Assembly (NCBI GenBank): GCA_050253335.1
Contig: JBFWJG010000034.1
Span: 1 to 29,041, forward strand
Direction: 5' to 3'
DNA: 29,041 nt
Origin: Deferribacterales bacterium
GTDB taxonomy: Bacteria > Chrysiogenota > Deferribacteres > Deferribacterales > Geovibrionaceae
Shown: positions 1 to 9,249 of the stretch, in pieces
Layout: each line of letters begins with the position of its first letter
How positions within the stretch are numbered: the stretch's first letter is position 1
Made by a program: the position numbers and the translations under genes
Notes under the pieces: generated by a model
What the model was told of the DNA's origin: nothing
Databases searched by the model: none
Seen by the model: the letters and a program-made list of their open reading frames with translations, nothing else

Positions 1-120
1 TTCCGCACACAATGAATACAGCTCGGAAGCCTTTCTGTTGAAACCCAGAACAGTTCCCTCACTGTCAAGCAGAAAAAGCGGTTTTTCGGAGATATCCGCA
101 ATCAACCTAAAGCTTTTCAT
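1..120 (-). CDS. PAS-domain protein, N-terminal part only (runs off window start)
   Basis: Manual translation from ATG at 120: MKSFRLIADISEKPLFLLDSEGTVLGFNRKASELYSLCAE, open to the edge. The pattern LFLLDxxGxVxxFNxxAxxL is typical of a PAS N-terminus. Purine-rich AAGGCGGG lies just upstream. Confidence 0.7.
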   Translation of the reverse strand, partial: MKSFRLIADISEKPLFLLDSEGTVLGFNRKASELYSLCAE

Positions 121-300
121 AGCCCGCCTTCGGGAATAATCATATTGATTTTTCACGAAAACACAATACACGTAAATCACATAAGGTTAAAATCATCATA
201 TATAGTGACCCGAAAAATGTAAACAGATGTTTAACCTTGATCTATATTTTGCCGTTCTATATATTATTTTGAACCGCAAATACATAGCACGGAATGCTTC

Positions 301-2790
301 ATGGGCTACATTTATTTCAGGCTGAAAGAGTTCAGAACCGCGCTGCTCCTCGCAGCAATTCTTTTAGGCGGTGTATCCGCCGCTTACATAACAAAACAGA
401 ACCACACCAGGATGGCGGATGCAAACCTGAGGGCTGAACTGACAAGCAGACTGGGCTATGTGCGGGCAAGGGCGGAAAGCGTTGTCACCTCTGATCTGCT
501 GCTGGTACACGGTGTCGCCGCATATATAGCCTCAAACCCCGGACTCACTCAGGAGGAGTTCTCCCTCTTCGCTTCAGAGATACTGAAGCAGCCTAATAAT
601 CTGGTCAACATAACCGCATCGCCGGACTATGTAATCAGATTTGTCCACCCACTTAAAACAAACGAACGCCTTCTCGGGATAGATTACAGAAACCTGCCCG
701 ACCAGTGGGAAAAAGCTCAGGAGGTCCGCAGAGCGAAAAGCCTCGTGGTGGCAGGCCCCATTGAGCTAATTCAGGGCGGTCAGGGGCTTCTGGGCAGGGC
801 ACCTGTATTTGTTGCCGGAAAAGGGGAGGAACGTTTCTGGGGGATGGTTTCATCAGTAATTTCCGTTAACAGGGTTATCGCACAGATTCTGGATGAATCA
901 GAGAAGCTTTCCCTCCGCATCGCCCTCAGGGGAGTGGACGGCAAAGGAGCGCAGGGGGATATCTTTTACGGCGATTATGACCTCTTCACTGCGAAAAACA
1001 GCATAAAAATGGACATCAAGCTCCCCAACGGCGCATGGCAGCTCGCAGCAGTTTCCTCGGAACCGCCAAAAACCATCGGAATCCTGTCCGATCCGCTGAG
1101 CAGCGCGATACTGGTCTTCACTTTTTTCATATTTATCTTCACCTACTACAAAATAAAAAAAGACATCGCCCTCATGAGTCTGAAAAACGCTCTGGCGTTC
1201 TCACAGTCCATGGCGCACACAGGCAACTTTGACTGGGATCTCCGCTCCGGAAGGATCAGCGGCTCGGATGAAACCTTTAATATTCTGGAAACGGAAAAAA
1301 ACGCTTCTCTGAGCCTTCAGGAGTTCATCGCCCTTGCACATCCGGATGACAGAAACGAGATAGAGAACATAGTGCTCATGAAGAAATCCTCCGAGGGTGC
1401 GCTGATTGAGCACTCCTTCCGTATAATACCTAAAAAGGGCGTGTTGAAATACATAAGCATGAGAGCGCGGTACACAGAAGATGAGGGGTTCAGAAGAGTA
1501 AACGGCGCCATAACAGACATAACCCCGTTCAAGGAAATTGAGATCTCCCTTCAGAAAAGCGAAGCCCGTTTCAGGGACTTTGCCCACAGCTCTTCCGACT
1601 GGATATGGGAAACAGACACAAAAGGCAGGTTCATGTTCGCATCGGAAGGGATAACAAGAATCCTCGGCTACACCCCCGAGGAGGTAATCGGGAAAACGCC
1701 TTTTGATCTCATGCTGCCGGAGGAAGCGGAAAAACTCAGCCGCCTCTTCAGAGAAAAGTCAAACGCCCGTCTGCCCATTAAAGATCTGGAAAACTGGAAC
1801 CTTACCAAAAAAGGCGGGGCGGTCTGCCTGCTCACAAACGGGGTTCCGTTCAATGACGATGCGGGCAGGCACGCAGGCTACAGAGGCGTGGACAAGGACA
1901 TAACAGAAAGAAAACTCGCAGAGAGAGAACTTCAGAAATATATAGAGATAGTTGATGACAACGTGATTATCTCCCAGACCGACCTTAACGGTACAATAAC
2001 CTATGTCAGCAAGGCATTATGCCGAATTTCCGGTTATTCTCCGGAAGAGCTTCTCGGCAAGAACCACAACAAGGTGAGGCATCCGGACAATCCGCCGGAG
2101 CTTTTCAAGGACATGTGGGAAAAGCTCGAAAAAAACGAACCTTGGCACGGCGAGATAAAAAACCTCCGCAGCAACGGCTCATACTACTGGGTTTCCACAT
2201 CAATCTACCCTGTTTACGACCTCAAGGGGATCAAGCAGGGATACATGGCTGTGAGGCAGGACATAACAGACAGGAAACGCATCGAGGAGATCTCTGTCAG
2301 GGACAGGCTTACCGGAGTATTCAACAGGATTAAGCTGGACGAGATACTGGACCGTGAGATGAAAACAGCGCTCCGATACGGAACGGTCTTTGCGGCGGTT
2401 ATCTTTGACATAGACCGCTTTAAGTCCATAAACGACCGCTTCGGCCACCTTGTCGGGGATTCGGTGCTCAGGGAGCTTGCCTGCCTTGTTCAAGGCAGCA
2501 TAAGAGCCGCTGATATCTTCGGGCGCTGGGGCGGAGAGGAGTTTCTCATAATCTGCACCGCCACGGACAAGGAAAATGCGGCGATTCTGGCTGAAAACCT
2601 CAGAAAAATTGTGGAAAGCAAAAACTTTGAATCCGTCGGAACTGTCACATGCAGCTTCGGCGTAGCCGACTCTTTCGGGGAGGAATCCTTCGAATCAGTT
2701 CTCAAAAAAGCGGACAAGGCTCTCTATTCCGCCAAGGAGGGCGGCAGAAACAGAGTCGTCACTGACGGCCGTGAGGCTTCAGATGTGTAA
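301..2790 (+). CDS. Membrane diguanylate cyclase: CHASE sensor, three PAS domains, GGDEF domain
   Basis: Two TM segments flank a CHASE-like region (GPIELIQGGQGLLGRAPVF...FWG). PAS/PAC repeats end in DIT motifs. C-terminal DIDRFKSINDRFGHLVGD...GRWGGEEF with an RxxD I-site (RAAD). Confidence 0.93.
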   Translation: MGYIYFRLKEFRTALLLAAILLGGVSAAYITKQNHTRMADANLRAELTSRLGYVRARAESVVTSDLLLVHGVAAYIASNPGLTQEEFSLFASEILKQPNNLVNITASPDYVIRFVHPLKTNERLLGIDYRNLPDQWEKAQEVRRAKSLVVAGPIELIQGGQGLLGRAPVFVAGKGEERFWGMVSSVISVNRVIAQILDESEKLSLRIALRGVDGKGAQGDIFYGDYDLFTAKNSIKMDIKLPNGAWQLAAVSSEPPKTIGILSDPLSSAILVFTFFIFIFTYYKIKKDIALMSLKNALAFSQSMAHTGNFDWDLRSGRISGSDETFNILETEKNASLSLQEFIALAHPDDRNEIENIVLMKKSSEGALIEHSFRIIPKKGVLKYISMRARYTEDEGFRRVNGAITDITPFKEIEISLQKSEARFRDFAHSSSDWIWETDTKGRFMFASEGITRILGYTPEEVIGKTPFDLMLPEEAEKLSRLFREKSNARLPIKDLENWNLTKKGGAVCLLTNGVPFNDDAGRHAGYRGVDKDITERKLAERELQKYIEIVDDNVIISQTDLNGTITYVSKALCRISGYSPEELLGKNHNKVRHPDNPPELFKDMWEKLEKNEPWHGEIKNLRSNGSYYWVSTSIYPVYDLKGIKQGYMAVRQDITDRKRIEEISVRDRLTGVFNRIKLDEILDREMKTALRYGTVFAAVIFDIDRFKSINDRFGHLVGDSVLRELACLVQGSIRAADIFGRWGGEEFLIICTATDKENAAILAENLRKIVESKNFESVGTVTCSFGVADSFGEESFESVLKKADKALYSAKEGGRNRVVTDGREASDV

Positions 2791-3691
2791 ATCCGGTTCC
2801 GCCCCACGCCTGCTGAGCTGTGCCTATAACAAGGAAAGCCTTAGGATCGATCGCAGCCACGAGAAACTTCAGGTCTGAAACCTGCGAGCGCCTCACCGTG
2901 CAGTAAAGCATGGTGCGCTCCGTGTCCGAGTAAGCGCCCGTCATCTGCCACATGCTCACGCCCCGCTGAAGCTCCGCCATAAGGGTACGGCTCATCACTT
3001 TGGGGTTGTCTGTGATTATCCAAGCTATCCTAACCTGACTTACCCCCTCAAGCACAAAGTCCGAAGCCATGCCGCCGAGCAGAAGAGTAACCAGAGCAAG
3101 CATCGCCTTTTCCCAGCTGAAAACAAATCCGGCAAGAACAATAACAATCATGTCCGTATAAAGATAAGATTGGCTGAGAGGAAAGCCCATGCGTTTCTGG
3201 AGGATTCTGGCGGGGATGCTTGTCCCGCCCATGCTCCCTCCGGCACGGTAAATTATTCCCGCGCCGAGCCCCACTGAAACACCCGCGTATATGCAGTTGA
3301 GAAGCAGATCCTGAGAAATGGGAAAAACCTTCATGTAAACGGGCAGAATGCGCACAAAAATATCCGATGCGGCGGAAAAGGTGATTACGGAGTTTATGGT
3401 TGAAAAGATGAATTTAAGCCCGCCAAGCTGATAATACCCCACAACAAGCAGAGGAATGTTAAAAAGAAAATAAAGCATTCCCACCGTGAGTCCGGTGTAT
3501 TCGTTTATAATGATCGCAAGCCCGCTCACCCCTCCGGCGGCTATCTGAAAAGGAACCTGAAACACCACATAGCCGAAAGCGGCAAGCACGCTGCCCAGAA
3601 TTATCAGAAACTGATTGTAGGCAAACCTTAAAACTAAACTTTTCTTGGGAACCACATAACGCTGCGCCCCCTTGAGCTGACTCTGCTGCAT
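2759..3691 (-). CDS. YitT family membrane protein (DUF161/DUF2179)
   Basis: Motifs GGVSGLAII, NIPLLVVGY, GGSMGGT and C-terminal GAYS...IDPKAF. Start moved to ATG 3691, which has a GGGAG SD. Confidence 0.88.
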   Translation of the reverse strand: MQQSQLKGAQRYVVPKKSLVLRFAYNQFLIILGSVLAAFGYVVFQVPFQIAAGGVSGLAIIINEYTGLTVGMLYFLFNIPLLVVGYYQLGGLKFIFSTINSVITFSAASDIFVRILPVYMKVFPISQDLLLNCIYAGVSVGLGAGIIYRAGGSMGGTSIPARILQKRMGFPLSQSYLYTDMIVIVLAGFVFSWEKAMLALVTLLLGGMASDFVLEGVSQVRIAWIITDNPKVMSRTLMAELQRGVSMWQMTGAYSDTERTMLYCTVRRSQVSDLKFLVAAIDPKAFLVIGTAQQAWGGTGFTHLKPHGRQ

Positions 3692-3936
3692 ACTGCTCCC
3701 TTGCGGAAAAATAGTTAATATATGAAACAATGCCACTAATACCCCCTATACACAATTATTGCAAGCCAAAGAGGAGAATCCCTCCGGGGGCAGATCCGTA
3801 TATTTCGTTTTTTCAGCCGTCAGTCAGGTGTTTTTCCCGCCTGTTTTAAGATTTTCCGCCGATTTCGATGGACACGCACACTGCCGTTCTGTATGATTTA
3901 TTAAAAAATTATCTCAGGAGTTGCAGAAGCACCTGT

Positions 3937-5001
3937 ATGCTAACCCTTTTCGTTTACATTTTCATTGCCCTCGGGCTCTCCTTCATCTGCTCCGTCATGG
4001 AAGCTGTTCTTTTAAGCATGACCCCGGTTTACGCTATCCAGCTTGAACAGAAAAACCCGAAAGCCGGCAAAATATACACCGAGCTGAAAAAAGACATTGA
4101 AAACCCTCTGGCCGCAATCCTCAGCCTCAACACAATAGCCCACACCATAGGCGCCGCCGGCGCGGGCGCACAGGCGACCAAACTCTTCGGCGATGCCTAT
4201 CTGGGCGTAATCTCCGTAATACTGACCCTGCTTATCCTTATTCTCTCCGAGATTCTGCCCAAGACCCTCGGCGCGGTTTTCTGGAAGCAGACAGCGGTTC
4301 CTATGCTTCCCTTGCTGAGGTTCACCATGTTCAGCATGAAGCCTCTGGTTGTGCTCTCAAAGCTGATGACAAAAATCCTGCCCAAAAGCAAGGAATCCGG
4401 AGTAATCAACCATGACGAGTTCCTTATCCTCACCCAGCAGGGGATAAAAGGCGGCGTTTTCAGCGAGCAGGAATCACTAATCCTCACAAACCTTTTCATG
4501 CTGAGAAAGCTCACGGTGAAGCATATAATGACCCCCAGAACAGTTATGTTCGCCCTCAGGGAGGACACAACTGTCGGGGAGGTTCTCACGAGACATCCGG
4601 AAATGATCTTTTCACGAATCCCCATTTATAAAAGCAACCTTGACGACATAACAGGCTTCGTGCTCAGAAGCGATATCCTGCTTTATGCCGTCAGGGATAT
4701 GAAAAGCACCCCTCTCTCAGAGTTCAGACGCCCCATAAGCGCTGTGCCGGAATCAATATCCATCAGCAGGCACTTCACAGGGCTCATAAAGGACAGGGCG
4801 CACATATCCCTCGTCATTGACGAATACGGAGGCGCGGCGGGCATAGTGACCCTTGAGGATGTCATCGAAACCCTCATCGGAATCGAGATAGTCGATGAAC
4901 ACGACAAAGTGAAGGACCTCCAGAACCTTGCCAGACAGCAGTGGAGCAACCGAATCCGCAAAATGGGGCTGAACCCCGCCGACTATGACTTTGACAGATA
5001 G
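3937..5001 (+). CDS. CNNM/DUF21 + CBS-pair protein (hemolysin/CorC-like Mg2+/Co2+ transport family)
   Basis: SFICSVMEAVLLS, SEILPKT, IMTPR, FSRIPIY, VIDEYGGAAGIVTLEDVIETLIGIEIVDEHD. Start placed at MLTLF (3937); 3868 is the alternative. Confidence 0.9.
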   Translation: MLTLFVYIFIALGLSFICSVMEAVLLSMTPVYAIQLEQKNPKAGKIYTELKKDIENPLAAILSLNTIAHTIGAAGAGAQATKLFGDAYLGVISVILTLLILILSEILPKTLGAVFWKQTAVPMLPLLRFTMFSMKPLVVLSKLMTKILPKSKESGVINHDEFLILTQQGIKGGVFSEQESLILTNLFMLRKLTVKHIMTPRTVMFALREDTTVGEVLTRHPEMIFSRIPIYKSNLDDITGFVLRSDILLYAVRDMKSTPLSEFRRPISAVPESISISRHFTGLIKDRAHISLVIDEYGGAAGIVTLEDVIETLIGIEIVDEHDKVKDLQNLARQQWSNRIRKMGLNPADYDFDR

Positions 5002-5008
5002 TCTCTTC

Positions 5009-5030
5009 AGGGGCAGTCCCTGCCCTTTTT
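5009..5030 (+). terminator. Intrinsic terminator after CNNM gene
   Basis: GGGCAG-TCC-CTGCCC hairpin followed by a T run. Confidence 0.7.
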
Positions 5031-5065
5031 GCATGTAAATCTTTGTAAGCTTCGTAACATTTCCA

Positions 5066-5126
5066 TTGCCTTAAACTCTCCGACGGATATAATGACTATA
5101 TAGTCACACAAATGACCAATGGGTCA
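5066..5126 (+). promoter_or_regulatory. Sigma70 promoter of tetR with two tandem TGAC-N6-GTCA operators
   Basis: TTGCCT (5066-5071), N16, TATAAT (5088-5093). Palindromes TGACTATATAGTCA (5093-5106) and TGACCAATGGGTCA (5113-5126). Confidence 0.75.
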
Positions 5127-5143
5127 ATAAACCGGAGTTCGTC

Positions 5144-5737
5144 ATGCACAGAATAGACAGACGGCAAATTGTTAATAAACTGATTAAAGACACTGTCTAC
5201 GACAGCGTTATGGAGATACTGCACGAATCCGGCAGCGAAAAGCTGACGATGGAGGAGGTTGCGGCAAAAGCCGGTGTTTCCAAGGGCACGCTCTACAACT
5301 ACTTCAAAAACAAGGAAGACCTCATGGACTTTGTGGAACAGCAGACCATAGAGCCTGTTATAGAAGGACTCAGGGAGATACGATCCGCCAAAAAAAGCGC
5401 GCCGGAAAAACTGAAGGACACCGCAAGGTTTGTCTTTGAAATATACAGAACGCGCAAAGATTATGTCAAATATCAGAAAGAGATCACAACCTATAAGCAC
5501 AACGCCGAGATTTCACGCCGAATAGGCGAGGAACACTTCAGCTCCATATGGGCACAGGGCACCCTTGAAGGTGATTTCAAAAGAATAGACCATGTGGTTT
5601 TCCGCGCCGTGACAGGCGGAGCACTGGCCGCCATTATGGACACATGGGTCTTTGACGATGCGGACTGCCCCGATATAGAAAAAACAATTCAGGAACTGCT
5701 GAAAGTTTTCACCGAAGGCTTCATCGAAAATAAATAA
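5144..5737 (+). CDS. TetR/AcrR family transcriptional regulator
   Basis: HTH motif LTMEEVAAKAGVSKGTLYNYFKNKEDL; GGAG SD. Confidence 0.95.
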   Translation: MHRIDRRQIVNKLIKDTVYDSVMEILHESGSEKLTMEEVAAKAGVSKGTLYNYFKNKEDLMDFVEQQTIEPVIEGLREIRSAKKSAPEKLKDTARFVFEIYRTRKDYVKYQKEITTYKHNAEISRRIGEEHFSSIWAQGTLEGDFKRIDHVVFRAVTGGALAAIMDTWVFDDADCPDIEKTIQELLKVFTEGFIENK

Positions 5738-5822
5738 AATATAAATAAACTTTTTCAACTATCAGTTATCATATAACTACGGGCTCAAAAGCTCCTTTCA
5801 ATAATCGGCCCGCAGGAGGTTT

Positions 5823-5909
5823 ATGACCAGTTTTCCTTCTGCGGGCGTTGAATCCTCATACGCAGCAACCTCCCTTCCTTTTCGAACAAACAACGATCTT
5901 TTTTTCTGA
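5823..5909 (+). CDS. Putative 28-aa small ORF / leader peptide
   Basis: AGGAGG SD just before ATG 5823; MTSFPSAGVESSYAATSLPFRTNNDLFF then TGA. No recognisable homology. Confidence 0.3.
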   Translation: MTSFPSAGVESSYAATSLPFRTNNDLFF

Positions 5910-6013
5910 TACGGACGATCATTTTCACTTTTTTGGTGGTAGGCTTTAATAACGGAACGGATGCCGGACGGACTTTCCGGACACCCTGTTCCCAAATACT
6001 TCGGGAGAAAAAG

Positions 6014-6835
6014 ATGAAAAAGCTTATTCCTTTTTTCACTCTGTTATTAATGATTCCATCCTTATTATCCGCCGCGGACTCCCCCTTCACCCCTAAGCTG
6101 CCTTTTAAAAACGCAGTGATAACCTATGATGTTACCGGAACGGAAGCAGGAAGCGAAGTCCTCTATATCAGAGACAGCGGAGCCTACGAGGCAAAGCACC
6201 GCAGAACGGCCATGAAAATGTTCGGAATTACAAAAAAAAGCGAAACAATCGACATAACAACGCCGGAATGGGTCTACAGCATCAATGTCACCGAGAAGGA
6301 AGGCACAAAGAACGTCAACCCTCTCATATACATGACAGAGGAATACAATAAGCTTTCCAAAAGCGACCAGAAAAAAGTAATCAAAAACGCGGAGAAGTTC
6401 GGCACTGCCTATCTCAGAAACTTTAACGGAGAGGTGGTGAAAAACGCGGAAACAATCATGGGATACAAGTGCGACCTTGTGACCATGGCGGGAATGAAGG
6501 TTTACTCCATTAGCGGAACAGGGATAACCCTTAAATCATCCTCGGACATGATGGGGATAAAAATGGAGCAGACCGCCAGAGCAATCGAAAAGATAGCCCC
6601 TCCCGGCAAAGTCTTCGAGGTTCCGGCGGGAATTAAGATAACCCATGACCCAAGGGCGGATGAAGTCGCCCGCGAGTTCGCCAGAACGACTGTCAAAAGC
6701 CTTGCGGAGGGTAAAGACCCCGTACAGGCAAACACTCAGGACGCTATGCGCAAAGCCGCTGAGGAAAACGGAGAGGAGATGCCCTCGGAAGAGGAGATGA
6801 AGCAGATGATGAAAATGTTCGGCGGACAAAAATAA
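6014..6835 (+). CDS. Secreted hypothetical protein (possible DUF4412-like)
   Basis: Signal peptide MKKLIPFFTLLLMIPSLLSA after a GGGAG SD. ETIMGYKC and FEVPAG motifs resemble DUF4412-type proteins. Met/Glu-rich tail. Confidence 0.75.
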   Translation: MKKLIPFFTLLLMIPSLLSAADSPFTPKLPFKNAVITYDVTGTEAGSEVLYIRDSGAYEAKHRRTAMKMFGITKKSETIDITTPEWVYSINVTEKEGTKNVNPLIYMTEEYNKLSKSDQKKVIKNAEKFGTAYLRNFNGEVVKNAETIMGYKCDLVTMAGMKVYSISGTGITLKSSSDMMGIKMEQTARAIEKIAPPGKVFEVPAGIKITHDPRADEVAREFARTTVKSLAEGKDPVQANTQDAMRKAAEENGEEMPSEEEMKQMMKMFGGQK

Positions 6836-6845
6836 AGTATATGCC

Positions 6846-6869
6846 CGGGGCTCATGGGAGCCCCGTTTT
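6846..6869 (+). terminator. Intrinsic terminator
   Basis: CGGGGCTC-ATGG-GAGCCCCG followed by TTTT. Confidence 0.75.
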
Positions 6870-7238
6870 AAGCAAACTGGTTTTTTCTGTCAATAAACAC
6901 GTTTTTTATATATATTATCAGGCACTAAGCGGGAGAATTGATTCCCGAAGCTTTCCGGAGGCCGAACATAGCAATAAAAATAAAAAAACATAAAAAAATA
7001 GCCATGCTTCACGGGTTTTTTCGGGGAAAAATGACAGAAACCGTTCAAACATATTTACAGCACACCCGCCCCATAGAAAACAATTCATCATTTTTATTAA
7101 ATCTGACTTTTTTCTGAAACTTTTTAAGCCCATGCCGGATAAGCGTTTTCGAAGGTTTTGCATATAATTTTATTGACACTCTCCGCTTTTTTTCGTAAAT
7201 AGACCTGTTTTTACCATTTTAAGGAGGCCTTAGGTTAG

Positions 7239-9164
7239 ATGTGGCGAAATCCTGAGCTGATCAAGAACTGGACTATTTCAAATGCCGAGGAACTGTACGG
7301 CATAAACAAATGGGGTGCGGACTACTTCTCCATTAACAAAAAAGGTCATGTGGTTGTAACCCCCTTCGGCAAGGACAACGGGCCGCAGATAAGCCTGCAT
7401 GAGGTAGTGAAAGAGGTCGAGGACAGGGGTCTGGCTATGCCTGTCATCCTCCGCATTGAAAATATTCTCGGTTCGCAGATCAAGCTTCTGCACAACACTT
7501 TCAGGGATGTTATAAAAGCCACGGGCTATAAAAACGAATACAAAGGGGTTTTTCCCATCAAGGTGAACCAGCAGGAGCAGGTGATTGAAGCCATCGCCGA
7601 ATTCGGCAAAGATTTCAACCACGGCCTTGAGGCGGGCAGCAAGCCTGAGCTCATCGCCGCCATTTCCATGCTCCAGAACAGAGACGCATGTCTTATCTGC
7701 AACGGCTACAAGGATGAGGAGTTCATAGACCTCGGCCTGTATGCCGTGAAAATGGGTTTTAAATGTTTCTTCGTTATAGAAGTTCCCGGAGAGCTCGAAC
7801 TGATCCTCGAAAGAGCCAAAAAGCTCAAGGTTCGCCCTTATCTCGGCGTGCGCATAAAACTCTCCACACACGCGGAAGGCCAGTGGAGCGAATCCAGCGG
7901 GGACGCAAGCGTTTTCGGGCTGAACATCAGTCAGGTCATAGATGTTATAGACAGGCTCAAGCAGTCCGACATGCTGGACTGCCTCCAGCTCCTCCACTAT
8001 CACATCGGCTCCCAGATCCCCAACATCCGAGACATACGCGCGGGCGCGTTTGAGGCATGCCGAATATATCAGGAGCTGGTCAACGAAGGCGCGAAGATGG
8101 GTTATATCGACTTCGGCGGGGGTCTCGCCGTTGATTATGACGGCTCAAACACAAACTACCACTCAAGCCGCAACTACTCCGTTGAGGAATACTGCTACGA
8201 CATAGTGGAATCCATCATAGCTGTGCTGGACAAGCAGAACATCCCCCACCCTGTGATCATCACCGAATCCGGCAGGGTGACAGTGGCCTACTACTCCGTT
8301 CTGCTGTTTAACGTACTGGATGTGTCATCCTTCCACCCCAGCCCTCTGCCTAAGGACATTAAGGAGAACCAGAGCGAGCTGATCCAGAACCTGCTCAGCA
8401 CATACGACATGATCTCTCCCAAGGCGATACAGGAATGCTGCAACGATGCGCTGTACTACCGAAATCAGGCTCGCCAGCTTTTCAAGCACGGGCAGACAAA
8501 CCTGCGTGACCGCGCACTGGCGGAGAACCTTGTGCGTCATATACTGATAAAAATCTCCAAGGTCGGCTCGGAGCTCAAGCATGTCCCGAAAGATGTGCAG
8601 GACATTGACCGCCTGCTTTACGATGTATATTACGGAAACTTCAGCCTGTTCCAGTCGCTGCCGGATGTCTGGGCGATAAACCAGATTTTCCCAGTTATGC
8701 CCATACACAGGCTTAACGAAGCACCGACGCATCCGGCAATTATCTCCGACATAACCTGCGACTGCGACGGAAAGATAGACAACTTCCCCGACTATTCGCA
8801 CGATAAAAACGCGCTGATGCTCCACGAGCTCAAGGACGGCGAGGAATACTACCTCGGCGTGTTCCTTGTGGGTGCTTATCAGGAGACGCTGGGCGACCTG
8901 CACAACCTCTTCGGCGATACCAACGTGGCTACGATTCATGTGAACGATGACGGCAGCTATCAGGTCATTAAAGAACTGGAGGGTGATTCTGTCGCGGATG
9001 TGCTCTCATACGTTGAGTATGACGTGAAGGCTATTAAGAAAAGCCTCAAACAGCTTGCGGAGGACTCCATAAACAAAGGCTTCATAACCCCCAAGGAACG
9101 CAAGCAGATCCTCGAAGGCTTTGAAGAAGGCTTAAGAGGGTATACTTACTTTGAACGGGAATAA
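7239..9164 (+). CDS. speA: Biosynthetic arginine decarboxylase (PLP, fold type III)
   Basis: FPIKVNQ (PLP lysine), GLEAGSKPEL, CNGYKD, HYHIGSQI, DFGGGLAVDYDG, ESGR, GAYQETLGDLHNLFGD; AGGAGG SD. Confidence 0.96.
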   Translation: MWRNPELIKNWTISNAEELYGINKWGADYFSINKKGHVVVTPFGKDNGPQISLHEVVKEVEDRGLAMPVILRIENILGSQIKLLHNTFRDVIKATGYKNEYKGVFPIKVNQQEQVIEAIAEFGKDFNHGLEAGSKPELIAAISMLQNRDACLICNGYKDEEFIDLGLYAVKMGFKCFFVIEVPGELELILERAKKLKVRPYLGVRIKLSTHAEGQWSESSGDASVFGLNISQVIDVIDRLKQSDMLDCLQLLHYHIGSQIPNIRDIRAGAFEACRIYQELVNEGAKMGYIDFGGGLAVDYDGSNTNYHSSRNYSVEEYCYDIVESIIAVLDKQNIPHPVIITESGRVTVAYYSVLLFNVLDVSSFHPSPLPKDIKENQSELIQNLLSTYDMISPKAIQECCNDALYYRNQARQLFKHGQTNLRDRALAENLVRHILIKISKVGSELKHVPKDVQDIDRLLYDVYYGNFSLFQSLPDVWAINQIFPVMPIHRLNEAPTHPAIISDITCDCDGKIDNFPDYSHDKNALMLHELKDGEEYYLGVFLVGAYQETLGDLHNLFGDTNVATIHVNDDGSYQVIKELEGDSVADVLSYVEYDVKAIKKSLKQLAEDSINKGFITPKERKQILEGFEEGLRGYTYFERE

Positions 9165-9249
9165 CAGGCTGCGAAGCAAGTTAAAAGTTTCCCCGAAAAG
9201 TAACCAAAAAATAAAATATGAATAATAAGAAAATATAAGGAGTTTGCGA

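Noticed and set aside
7278..8939. Long antisense ORFs (241 aa and 204 aa) inside speA, and similar shadow ORFs in other genes
   Set aside because: Fully nested opposite well-supported genes with no motifs; expected from codon bias.
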